The notes under the pieces: generated by a model
Seen by the model: only the letters and a program-made list of their open reading frames with translations
Told to the model about the DNA's origin: nothing
Databases searched by the model: none
Origin: a bacterium
GTDB lineage: Bacteria > Margulisbacteria > Marinamargulisbacteria > GCA-2716485 > JAYNIM01
DNA length: 64,000 nt
Assembly (NCBI GenBank): GCA_038109055.1
Contig: JAYNIM010000001.1
Span: forward strand, 103,045 to 167,044
Direction of reading: 5' to 3'
Translations under genes and position numbers: made by a program
Shown: piece by piece, positions 29,091 to 38,213 of the stretch
Numbering within the stretch: position 1 is the stretch's first letter
Layout of the letters: each line of letters opens with the position of its first letter

Positions 29091-29825
29091 ATGATTTCTA
29101 TAAATAATTTGTATAAAAGGTTTGATCAGAAGGTTGTTGTGGATGATCTTACTTTGACGGTTGATTCTGGTGATCGAGTGGCGATTATTGGCCCTTCTGG
29201 CTGTGGTAAAAGTACCTTGCTTAAATTAATTACGGGCTTGGTACCTTTGGATCGTGGTAGGGTTGTCTTAAATTCGCAAACATTAACGGTGGATGATTAT
29301 GGCGATGTTCCCAGTACTTTTTTGGAGCAATTAGGTTTTTTGTTTCAATCTTCGGCCTTATTTGATTCGATGACGGTTAAGGAAAATGTGGCCTTTTATC
29401 ATCGAGAAACATTGCAAGAACAGGATGAGTCTCTGATTAATCGTGTTGTGAGGGATAAATTGGCTATGGTGGATATGGCGGGGTATGAAAATGAAATGCC
29501 TTCATCATTGTCAGGAGGGCAGTGTAAACGTATAGCTTTAGCAAGAGCTTTGGCTAAAGACCCTAAAATAATGTTGTATGATGAGCCGACCACAGGCTTG
29601 GATCCTTTTTTGTCTAATAATATCGAAAATTTGATTGTTGATTTATCTGACACCTTGAAAGTAACGTCTCTGATTATTACGCATCAGCATTCTACTATTT
29701 TTCGTACCGCCAAAAAAATATATTATATGGATGATGGTAAGCTGATTGGGCCTGAAACACCGGAGTCTATTCTTTTGAGTACACATCCTAAAATTAGGGA
29801 ATTTTTTTCTGCGGAGGTAAAATAG
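29091..29825 (+). CDS. mlaF: MlaF family ABC ATPase
   Basis: GPSGCGKST, FQSSALFDSMTV.ENV, LSGG, YDEPTTGLDP. Confidence 0.92.
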   Translation: MISINNLYKRFDQKVVVDDLTLTVDSGDRVAIIGPSGCGKSTLLKLITGLVPLDRGRVVLNSQTLTVDDYGDVPSTFLEQLGFLFQSSALFDSMTVKENVAFYHRETLQEQDESLINRVVRDKLAMVDMAGYENEMPSSLSGGQCKRIALARALAKDPKIMLYDEPTTGLDPFLSNNIENLIVDLSDTLKVTSLIITHQHSTIFRTAKKIYYMDDGKLIGPETPESILLSTHPKIREFFSAEVK

Positions 29826-29829
29826 ATAT

Positions 29830-31134
29830 ATGAAATCTCAAAATCGTTTTGTTGTGGGCTTTGTATCATTGGCTATACTCGTGATGCTTTCATTGGTGGT
29901 TTTATGGAAGGGCCATTTTCAGGTGCGTCAGTCAGGATATATATTGACCTGTAAATTTAAGAATGTTTCTGGCTTGCTTAAAGGATCAGATGTTCGTTAT
30001 CGAGGTTATAAGGTCGGAGCTGTCTTGGATGTGATTCCCAGTGCTGAGGATATCCGTGTTACTTTTATGGTTAAAAAGGGCGTTTATATTCCTAAAGGCT
30101 CTAAATTAACGGTTAAATTTGATGGTATAGTGGGTCAAACATATTTGTTTATTGATCCTAATGAATTGTCTGATGTTATGCATAGAGCAGGGGATGTGTT
30201 GAGTGGCAGTCATTCGTCGGATTTGTCCTTGTTTTTGGATGCAGGATCTAAAGGTCTTGTTCAAGCGGAAGAAATTTTACAGCGATTAAATATACTTTTT
30301 AATTCAAAAGATGTTCAAGCTAAATTGGCCAATATCTTAGATAATTTTAATGAGATTTCAAATGGAGCGTCTGAGTTTTTTAAAGTGTTTGGGGATTCCT
30401 CTAATAAGGAAGCTATTTCTGAGATGCTGGGGCATCTTCAAAATGTGAGCTATCGTTTAGATAAAGTGACTGAAGTATTATTGGATGGTGAGGGATCAGA
30501 GTCAGATTTGCTTGCCTTTAAAACGGATGTTCTGGCAGCATTTGCTAATGTTAATCGTGTGAGTAAACGCCTTGATGGTTTGGTTTCTGATCATAATATC
30601 GATCATCTTTCAAATGTCTTGTCTAATGCGAGTGAGGTCTCCGATGAATTAAAGTCTTTACTTGTGGATACGGAGGCAGCTGTGGGTGAGGATCGTTCGT
30701 TAGGGTTTAGGTTTATACGGACGTTGTCTAAACTTGATTTTGATGCTGAGACGCGTATTTTTCAGGCGAATGTTGAGGAGGTTGCTTTTTATCAAGCAGA
30801 TGTTTATTTAAATATGGATCATCGTTTTTTTAGAATTGGTTTTGGTGATCGTTATGGTAAGACAAAGTTTTTACATTTTCAGCAGGGGCTATCTTTAAGT
30901 TCTTCTTTTGATGTTCGTTTAGGCTTGTATAATGAGCTTCCTAGTTTTGGAATGGATTATTCCTGGAGGCGCAGCTCGTTTAATATTGACTTGTATGATT
31001 TAAATGACTTGAAATACCAATTGTTGACCTCCTTTCGTATAGGAAGACATGTGTCTGTATTTGCGGGCGGTGGTAGTAGTATTAACCCTTTATTATCTGA
31101 TAATGTGCTGGCTGGAATGGCCTTGAGATTTTAA
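29830..31134 (+). CDS. mlaD: MlaD/MCE protein with long helical region and C-terminal beta-barrel-like domain
   Basis: N-terminal TM, MCE motif F.NVSGL.KGSDVRYRG.KVG.V, helical middle, beta-strand C-terminus ending in F. Confidence 0.88.
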   Translation: MKSQNRFVVGFVSLAILVMLSLVVLWKGHFQVRQSGYILTCKFKNVSGLLKGSDVRYRGYKVGAVLDVIPSAEDIRVTFMVKKGVYIPKGSKLTVKFDGIVGQTYLFIDPNELSDVMHRAGDVLSGSHSSDLSLFLDAGSKGLVQAEEILQRLNILFNSKDVQAKLANILDNFNEISNGASEFFKVFGDSSNKEAISEMLGHLQNVSYRLDKVTEVLLDGEGSESDLLAFKTDVLAAFANVNRVSKRLDGLVSDHNIDHLSNVLSNASEVSDELKSLLVDTEAAVGEDRSLGFRFIRTLSKLDFDAETRIFQANVEEVAFYQADVYLNMDHRFFRIGFGDRYGKTKFLHFQQGLSLSSSFDVRLGLYNELPSFGMDYSWRRSSFNIDLYDLNDLKYQLLTSFRIGRHVSVFAGGGSSINPLLSDNVLAGMALRF

Positions 31135-31159
31135 TTTTTTTTCACTCCCCTGTTACTGT

Positions 31160-31187
31160 ATTGTACATAATATATATTATGCGACAT
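31160..31187 (-). other. XerC/XerD dif-like recombination site
   Basis: Minus strand reads ATGTCGCATAA-TATATA-TTATGTACAAT, against E. coli dif GGTGCGCATAA-TGTATA-TTATGTTAAAT (11-6-11 architecture). Confidence 0.72.
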
Positions 31188-31229
31188 TGTAATGAGGGTT
31201 ATGTTGTAATATCTAGGTCAATTATTGTT

Positions 31230-33275
31230 TTAGCTGTAACCGGCTCTTTCAATTCCTTCTAGTATAGTTATTAACTCATTTCTGGTTACTGTTGTTATCT
31301 CCCAAGTTGGTAAATTTAATACTTTTATTTCTAGCCTGTATAGATACGGGTTTTGACTGTCTTGTGTGTACTTAATAATAGGACCTTGTTGTCTTTGGTC
31401 GTCCCTTAGGACATTTATTGCCTTTGTCAGTAATTTTTGTATATCATGTTCTGTATTATTAGGTCCTTGTGCTATGGTGCTTAGTTCAGTTTTTAATCTC
31501 TGCAATACATCTTCTCTTGTTTCTTCACTTGCATGTTTGGGTAGACTAACGCCTCTATTTTTACGAAATGGGTCTCCCATCGGTGTATGGAGATGACTTT
31601 TTAGCCCGACTCCTTTAACGCGTTCCGGTGTGTCACTTGACTCTAGTCTAAAACCTGACATTTTTGCCGTGCCATCTGCACATTGCTCTTTGGTTTCTTT
31701 ATTTGTTGAACCTATTTCGTATGTTCCTGCTAATAATGTAGTTAAATCATCTGTATAACTTTGTTTAGCCGTGCTTAAGGCTGATTTAGCATTAGGTAAT
31801 CTGGCTTGGTATGTCTCTATACTAGCTATTAGACAATCTATTTCTATTGCTATCCTTTCACTTAGTTCTATTAGTCTTTCTTCAGTTAAGGGGGAGCCTT
31901 CCCTAAGTAGCGTGTGTAAGTGTGTCTTACTATAAATGTCTACTAAGGTTGTTTTATCTGGGAAAGTTTCAATTGTCTCTATTGCTATTTCTAGCATGTC
32001 TTTTGTTGTTAATTGATAACCGTTATCACCTGATTCTCTATATTCAGTCTCATATTCACGTCTAAGTTCATGCAATAAATCGAGTTTTTCTTGTGATGCA
32101 TCGTTTTTATTAAGGCCCTTGGTTCTATATTTAGGTTCTGTAGCTTCTCTTACCCTTTGTTTCTCTTCGGGAGTGAGACTGGGGTTGGTTTTTAACTCTT
32201 TCAACCTGTGTACTACTTTCCATTCACTAGCTTCTTTTGCTAGCATGTCAATGTTTTTTTTGTAAAAAGGAGTTGTTATTCCAGCTGCACCTATATATTG
32301 ACCGTCCATTTTTACTGTGAGATTTTCACCCATTATCCAGTCAGTTAAATCCCAATCCTCTAGTCCCCCTATATGGCCATTGAAAAAGACATTTCCTATT
32401 AGTGCTCTAAATAACTCTTTTTTTTGGTTACCATTTAATTTTTCTACTAATGGGTCAAAATCATCGACTTCGCCTCCACGATCCCTGCCGCGATATTCTT
32501 CTGTTTTACCTCGACTAGTAGGAAATGCGTCTGGTTCATAAAGATCTCCAAGAATTCCGACTAGGTTTCCATCTGAATCTGTAGTTAGATCTCCCCATAC
32601 CTTTGTCGTACCTTTCAGTGCGGGTTCTAGTTGTTTTTCTATATGATCTTTTGCGTCTCCACTAAAGCGTACGTTTATAATGTTTCTAGTTGGATCTTGC
32701 AATCGCTTTGTGAGTTCGTGGTTTTCTACTCGTGCAAATTTTACTCTTACCGGTGTATCGGCTTTTAGATTGTCAGGGTTTAAAAATGTACCTGGGTTTT
32801 TGGCATGTTGTTCTGTTAAGAAGCTTCTATACACGTGTTTTGTGTCTTCATCAAGTAGTCGAAACTCTATATCTATAGCTCGTTGTGCTCTGCCATAGCC
32901 CTCCGTCGAGTGTAGTCCATCTATACGTTCAATGTTTTGTGTCGTTGTACGTATCCTTGTTTTCGCGGCAACTCCTAGAGCCTCCATTGAGTTTGCTTTA
33001 GCTTCTGCTTCTTTTAGATCGACTATGCGTATACCCTTGCTGTCTATTTGTGCGGCTCCACCTGTTATTAATGGTGCTGTTCCTCCTGTTAATGTTCTTT
33101 GTCCGGTTAGAGCTGGTGGTTGTGGGGGATGCGCTGGTGGTTGTGGGGGCGAGAATGCTGCTGCTGCGTTTGTTCCTACTGCTACTATTGCTGCCATTTG
33201 TGCCATTTCATAGTAGCCAGAGGTTAAAGCCACTAGGGCTATAGCTCCAAAAACAATGGCTCTTGTACTAGGCAC
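31230..33275 (-). CDS. Orphan 681-aa protein with hydrophobic leader, Pro-rich linker and possible HipA/PI-kinase-like domain
   Basis: GTG start after an AAGGAG RBS; PPQPPA x2 linker; VKF..E(NHE) and EDWDL...GEN.TVKMDG motifs. Confidence 0.6.
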   Translation of the reverse strand: MPSTRAIVFGAIALVALTSGYYEMAQMAAIVAVGTNAAAAFSPPQPPAHPPQPPALTGQRTLTGGTAPLITGGAAQIDSKGIRIVDLKEAEAKANSMEALGVAAKTRIRTTTQNIERIDGLHSTEGYGRAQRAIDIEFRLLDEDTKHVYRSFLTEQHAKNPGTFLNPDNLKADTPVRVKFARVENHELTKRLQDPTRNIINVRFSGDAKDHIEKQLEPALKGTTKVWGDLTTDSDGNLVGILGDLYEPDAFPTSRGKTEEYRGRDRGGEVDDFDPLVEKLNGNQKKELFRALIGNVFFNGHIGGLEDWDLTDWIMGENLTVKMDGQYIGAAGITTPFYKKNIDMLAKEASEWKVVHRLKELKTNPSLTPEEKQRVREATEPKYRTKGLNKNDASQEKLDLLHELRREYETEYRESGDNGYQLTTKDMLEIAIETIETFPDKTTLVDIYSKTHLHTLLREGSPLTEERLIELSERIAIEIDCLIASIETYQARLPNAKSALSTAKQSYTDDLTTLLAGTYEIGSTNKETKEQCADGTAKMSGFRLESSDTPERVKGVGLKSHLHTPMGDPFRKNRGVSLPKHASEETREDVLQRLKTELSTIAQGPNNTEHDIQKLLTKAINVLRDDQRQQGPIIKYTQDSQNPYLYRLEIKVLNLPTWEITTVTRNELITILEGIERAGYS
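33112..33149. repeat. 21-bp-period direct repeat encoding PPQPPA x2
   Basis: GCTGGTGGTTGTGGGGG at 33112 and 33133. Confidence 0.8.
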
Positions 33276-33499
33276 TTGTCACTCCTTTTTAGGTTATTGA
33301 GGATTTTTTTTTGTAATTTCTTAATAAATTTGTTCCCTATATAGGGTATGCCCTCATAAACATAAAATTAAACATCACTTAATACAAAGGCGTTATCTAT
33401 GATTGAACATTATTCGTGCGTATGTGGATATGTAAGTGTTTACATATTTTTTTGGGTATGTTTTAGTATCTTTGATAAATAGTTTTTGAGAGGTTGTTG

Positions 33500-34561
33500 A
33501 TGAAAAAATGCATTAATATCTTGTGGATTTTGACGGTTTCATGCTTGTGTTTAGTGGGTTGTTCAGGGCCTGCTACAACAGTAGATTCGGGGACTGAAGC
33601 CAAAGAGACGAAGGTAATTATGGGGGCTGGTGCAACTTTTCCCTACCCTCTTTATGCCAAGATGTTTGATGCGTATTATCAACAAACCGGTTATCAGGTG
33701 AATTATCAATCGATTGGTTCTGGTGGAGGTGTTAGGCAGTTGTTAAAGAAAACCGTTGATTTTGGTGCCACCGATGCATTTATTACAGATCAGAAAATGC
33801 GTGATTTTCCTGCTGAGATTGTACATATACCTACCTGTTTAGGTGCTGTTGCGGTGAGTTATCATGTTCCGGGTGTAAAGAGCCAATCACTTCGCATTTC
33901 AGCGGCCGTTTTAGCGGATATATTTTTGGGAAAGATTCGTTATTGGAATGATGCGCGTATTGTAAAAGATAATCCTGGGGTTTCTTTACCTAAACTTAAA
34001 ATTACCCCTGTATATCGTTCGGATGGCAGTGGGACTACGGCAATTTTTACGGATTATTTGACGAAAGTGAGTGGTGAATGGAAAGCCAAGGTTGGTATGG
34101 GGAAATCTGTGAACTGGCCTATGGGTGTGGGTGCAAAAGGAAATGCAGGTGTTGCGGGTGTTTTAAAGCAAATGCCCGGGGGGATTGCCTATATTAATTT
34201 GGCCTATTGTATACAGAATTCACTGCCGCTTGCTGCGGTTGAAAATGGGCGTGGTGATTTTGTTGTTCCTACGATTGAAAGTACGACTTTGGCGGCAAGC
34301 GCTAAGATACCTGCGGATACGCGTGTATCCATTACGAATTCTTCTGTTAAAAACTCCTACCCTATTTCGGGCTTTACCTGGTTAATCATTTATAAAGCTT
34401 TACCTGAATCTTCTAACTCTACACGTATTTCGGAAATAAAAGATTTATTTTCTTGGATGGTTTCTGATGCTCAATCTTATGTGGCGCCTTTGCATTATGC
34501 GCCATTGCCCTCTAATGTTCGGGTTCAGGCGCAAAAAATTATTGATAGTATTATTGATTAA
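33500..34561 (+). CDS. pstS: Phosphate-binding lipoprotein PstS (canonical copy)
   Basis: Lipobox LVGC, GAGATFPYP, YQSIGSGGG, DFGATD, RSDGSGTT, GAKGNAGV, YPISGFTW. Confidence 0.96.
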   Translation: MKKCINILWILTVSCLCLVGCSGPATTVDSGTEAKETKVIMGAGATFPYPLYAKMFDAYYQQTGYQVNYQSIGSGGGVRQLLKKTVDFGATDAFITDQKMRDFPAEIVHIPTCLGAVAVSYHVPGVKSQSLRISAAVLADIFLGKIRYWNDARIVKDNPGVSLPKLKITPVYRSDGSGTTAIFTDYLTKVSGEWKAKVGMGKSVNWPMGVGAKGNAGVAGVLKQMPGGIAYINLAYCIQNSLPLAAVENGRGDFVVPTIESTTLAASAKIPADTRVSITNSSVKNSYPISGFTWLIIYKALPESSNSTRISEIKDLFSWMVSDAQSYVAPLHYAPLPSNVRVQAQKIIDSIID

Positions 34562-34669
34562 TGTTTAATTCTCTTTTTTTTCGGGAATGACATATATAGA
34601 GTAGGCCTTTCTAAGAATCACTTATAGAGGTTTGTTCTTTTTTAAATGTTGTTTTCAAGGGGGGTATGT

Positions 34670-36298
34670 ATGATGATCTTGGCAGAGCTTTTGATTGAGG
34701 TGTTGCTGCAGAGAAATGTGGGACATGTTTTTGGTGTACCGGGTGATTTTGTTTTAAGCTTTTATAAAGCACTTGAAGATTCTGATCTTGAAATTATTAA
34801 TACCTGTGATGAGCAAGGTGCTGGTTTTGCAGCCGATGCATATGCGCGGATGCATGGGTTGTCGTGCTTGTGTGTGACTTATGGGGTTGGTGCTTATAAA
34901 GTCGTGAATGCGATTGCCGAAGCATATGCAGAAAAATCGCCTGTGGTGTTGATTAGTGGTGCGCCGGGTCTTTTTGAACGTGAACAGTGTGAGATGATTC
35001 ATCATAAAAGTGTGGCCTATGATACTCAGTTTAAAATTTTTTCAGAGCTGACGTGTTATTCGGCTGTTTTGGATAATCCTGAAACGAATGCTCAAGCTAT
35101 TTTATCTGCGATTTATCATGCCATGCTGTATAAGCGGCCCGTGTATTTAGAGTGCCCCAGAGATATGTTCTTGTCTAAAATTAAGAGACCTGGTTCTATG
35201 ACATTTAAGCGTCCTAAATCGAAGACTGTTTCATTGTTAGCGGCTAAAAAAGCCTTGTATCGGCGCTTGGATTCTGCGAAGAAATCAGCCATTTTATTGG
35301 GGACGGATATCCAGCGTTACTCTTTTCAGGATCAAGTTTTGGCCTTTGCGACACGTTTAGGTTTACCTATTTTTTCGACGATTATGGCCAAATCTGTTAT
35401 TTCTGAGCAACATCCTTTGTTTTGTGGGGTCTATCAAGGACATTTGGCGGATGAAGAGATTGCTGATGATTTGGAATCTTGTGATTGTATTTTGAGTCTG
35501 GGAGCGTGGATGAGTGATGTTAATTTGGGGATTTATTCCTCTAAATTAAACCAGAAACAGCTTGTAGAATTTAACTCAGATAGCTTGGTCATTGATGGTC
35601 ATTGTTATGATACGGTTTTATTAGAAGATAGTTTGTCCTTGTTGTCTGATTATCAGCCTAAAACACCTGTTTTTGAGTCGTCATTTTCTAAGCCTTTAAC
35701 TTCCAGGGGCTTTGTGGCCGAAGAAGGTGTTGAGATGACGACACAGCGTTTATTTGCTTGTTTGTCGCAGTTTATTGATGGGAATTATTGTGTTCTTTGT
35801 GATGTTGGGGATGTGTTGTTTTCGTCCTTGTCGATGCCGATGCCTGAGAGAAGTCAGTTTTTGTCGCCGGCCTATTATACCTCGATGGGCTTTGCGGTTC
35901 CGGCAGCTTTGGCCGCGGGCGCGTTGTATCCCAATAAGCGGCTTTTGGTCTTGGTTGGCGATGGTGCCTTTCAGATGACTGGGATGGAGTTGTCTACTTT
36001 GCAGCGTTTTGGTATGGCGCCAATTGTGGTCGTGTTGAATAATCAGGGGTATGGAACGGAGCGGCCGATTCAGGATGGAAAATTTAATGATATTTTAAAT
36101 TGGGACTATCATCGATTACCAGAGCTTTTGGGTTGTGGACAGGGTTTTTTGGTGAAGGATGAAGCGCGTTTGGTGCATGCCTTGGCTATGGCGGATATTT
36201 CTACAGATTCGTTTACGATATTAAATGTTTCTGTTCCTAAGCATGACCATTCACCATTGTTAAAACAGTTGGCAGCTGGCTTGCATGATCAGTTATAG
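34670..36298 (+). CDS. ThDP-dependent 2-oxo acid decarboxylase (indolepyruvate/pyruvate decarboxylase family)
   Basis: VFGVPGDF, DEQGAGFAADAYAR, TYGVG, IHH, GDGAFQMTGMEL, LNNQGYGTER. Confidence 0.93.
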   Translation: MMILAELLIEVLLQRNVGHVFGVPGDFVLSFYKALEDSDLEIINTCDEQGAGFAADAYARMHGLSCLCVTYGVGAYKVVNAIAEAYAEKSPVVLISGAPGLFEREQCEMIHHKSVAYDTQFKIFSELTCYSAVLDNPETNAQAILSAIYHAMLYKRPVYLECPRDMFLSKIKRPGSMTFKRPKSKTVSLLAAKKALYRRLDSAKKSAILLGTDIQRYSFQDQVLAFATRLGLPIFSTIMAKSVISEQHPLFCGVYQGHLADEEIADDLESCDCILSLGAWMSDVNLGIYSSKLNQKQLVEFNSDSLVIDGHCYDTVLLEDSLSLLSDYQPKTPVFESSFSKPLTSRGFVAEEGVEMTTQRLFACLSQFIDGNYCVLCDVGDVLFSSLSMPMPERSQFLSPAYYTSMGFAVPAALAAGALYPNKRLLVLVGDGAFQMTGMELSTLQRFGMAPIVVVLNNQGYGTERPIQDGKFNDILNWDYHRLPELLGCGQGFLVKDEARLVHALAMADISTDSFTILNVSVPKHDHSPLLKQLAAGLHDQL

Positions 36299-36340
36299 CT
36301 TAAGACCTATAAATATAGGTTGGTTTAGTGTGTGGTAGGT

Positions 36341-36674
36341 CTAATTTAATTTGTTTAAGCCTTTATTTATATATCGTATATTTTCTTCTAGTTTGAGCTT
36401 ATCATTTATGGATGTATTTTGTGATTCTTTAATGAGTTGAATCATTTTATGTGAGATGCATTGTGCGATGATAGGCGTTAAGGATGCAAGTATTTTTGGC
36501 CATTTATCAGTCAATAGTATTTTCGCAAGTATGTGGGCGATCCCCTCCCCTCGCCGTTTTTCTTTTCTTTTTCCAATAATGAAGCTTGGTCGTAGTATGA
36601 TATAATTGAGTGAGTAATAAGGACTCACAAAGACCTGTTACGCCTATAAATAAGGCCGTTTTTTTGCTGCTCAT
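36341..36674 (-). pseudogene. Internally deleted, frameshifted YraR/TIP30-like NAD(P)-binding oxidoreductase
   Basis: ATG 36674 gives MSSKKTALFIGVTGLCESLLLTQL (Rossmann start); near 36602 another frame continues IILRPSFIIGKRKEKRRGEGIA (C-terminal RPS..G.R.E.R.GE motif). Confidence 0.72.
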
Positions 36675-36706
36675 TGTATTATTTTCATATAATTAAATGG
36701 AAACGA

Positions 36707-37009
36707 TTACTGATGATGGATATAATCAACAACCGTTGAGCGATCACAATGAGATTTGATTATGTCTACAACCTTCAAATGTTCGGGGTGGTCGCGATAT
36801 ATCTCAAGATCATTCTTATTTTTAAAGGTGCATATCAATACCATATCGGCAGCACGTGGACTTTCAATGCTATTTAGGCCGACTGTTATATTTATTAAAC
36901 CGTCTATTTTTTCTTTAAGACTTTCTAATTTTTGCTTGCATTCATCTAATGCCAATTTTTTATTTGGATGATTTTCTTTGATGTGAAACATAACCACGTG
37001 AGTAAGCAT
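36707..37009 (-). CDS. Dabb family stress-responsive A/B barrel protein
   Basis: MLTHVVMF, Y.DHPEHLKV, VVDY. Confidence 0.9.
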   Translation of the reverse strand: MLTHVVMFHIKENHPNKKLALDECKQKLESLKEKIDGLINITVGLNSIESPRAADMVLICTFKNKNDLEIYRDHPEHLKVVDIIKSHCDRSTVVDYIHHQ

Positions 37010-37095
37010 GGGTTTATGTTATCTTTTTATGCTTGTTTTTTGTAGTCTTTTTGCTCTTTTGGTTTTTATGTTTGGTATTGAGTATACTGAGAGTG

Positions 37096-37791
37096 ATGCT
37101 TGCTATTCGTTTATATCAACAAACAGATTGTCATTACAGTGCGGCTGAATTTTTGAAAGCAGACGAGCTGATGTCTAAAATCTATGGGGTGAGTGTGCAG
37201 CAATTGATGGAAGTGGCGGGGCTACGTTTGGCGGAGTTTGTGAAGGAGCTTGTAACAGCGAAAGGCAAGATTGTTGTTGTTTGTGCTAAGGGGAATAATG
37301 CGGGGGATGGCTTGGTGGCGGCGCGGTATTTGAGCCATTGGGGCTTGGAGGTTCAGATTGTTTTATGTTCGGATGAGTCTGAATTGACCTCCCTACCCTT
37401 GCAGCATTTGGCGTCTGCTAGGGCCTTTGGTATTGAGGTTTTGGCGTATGATCAGGGGTTATTTTCTGCTTTGACTAAAGAGGATGTGCTGATAGACGCG
37501 TTGTTTGGTTGTGGCTTGCAAAGAGCGCCAGAGGGCATATATGCGCAGGCCATCGTAGCGATGAATAATGCTGAGGCAGCGATTGTTGCGGTGGATGTGC
37601 CGAGTGGGTTGGATGCGAGTACGGGACAGTGCTATCAGCCCATGGTTCAGGCGGATTTTACCTTGAGTTTTGCAGCGGCTAAACAGGCATTTTTGACGGT
37701 TCCCCTGCCCCAGTTGTATATTGCGGATATTGGGATTAATGAGGACTTATTTCGCGAGTCGAGTGCCGATATATACCAGGCTGATACCTAG
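37096..37791 (+). CDS. nnrE: NAD(P)H-hydrate epimerase (stand-alone YjeF_N)
   Basis: LMEVAG, KGNNAGDGLVAARYL, DALFGCG, AVDVPSG, ADIGI. Confidence 0.9.
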   Translation: MLAIRLYQQTDCHYSAAEFLKADELMSKIYGVSVQQLMEVAGLRLAEFVKELVTAKGKIVVVCAKGNNAGDGLVAARYLSHWGLEVQIVLCSDESELTSLPLQHLASARAFGIEVLAYDQGLFSALTKEDVLIDALFGCGLQRAPEGIYAQAIVAMNNAEAAIVAVDVPSGLDASTGQCYQPMVQADFTLSFAAAKQAFLTVPLPQLYIADIGINEDLFRESSADIYQADT

Positions 37792-38115
37792 AATGTTGCT
37801 TGTAAGGATATAGCTTAGGGCGAGCATCCATTGGCCTTTTTGAATGAGAGTGAAGCTTTCGAGTCCGAAAGCTGAAAAGGTGGTGAAAGCAGCGAGTAAA
37901 CCTGCAAAGAGAATAAGGCGGCTGTGGTAGGGCCAATGGAATTGTTCGCTCCATGTCCAACATAAGCCGGCGAGTAAACAGCCGAGTAGATTGACTGTTA
38001 GGGTGCCCCAGGGAAACGAGGAGGATAGGTGTTTGCTGATGAATTGTGAGATGAGTACTCGTAAGACTGTGCCGACACTTCCGGCTATACATAAGGAGAG
38101 TGTTAATTTGATCAT
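37747..38115 (-). CDS. crcB: Fluoride efflux channel
   Basis: G.VG..LR, FPWGTLTVNLLGC, GLLAAFTTFSAF..E. Confidence 0.93.
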   Translation of the reverse strand: MIKLTLSLCIAGSVGTVLRVLISQFISKHLSSSFPWGTLTVNLLGCLLAGLCWTWSEQFHWPYHSRLILFAGLLAAFTTFSAFGLESFTLIQKGQWMLALSYILTSNILGISLVYIGTRLAK

Positions 38116-38213
38116 GGTATGATTTTAGCAGCTTGTTTTTTATCTTGATAGCATAGTGGATTCTTGAATGAATGGGGGCGGTTATTTTGAGTAGTATCTG
38201 TTAAAATGAGTGG

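Noticed and set aside
33355..33390. Pho box (11-bp-spaced TTAA repeats) upstream of pstS
   Set aside because: Only two weak units in very AT-rich DNA, with no convincing counterpart in the porin-pstC spacer.
38116..38213. Fluoride riboswitch upstream of crcB
   Set aside because: The conserved GGCGATGG...CTAATGAC-type pattern is absent, and the gene appears leaderless.
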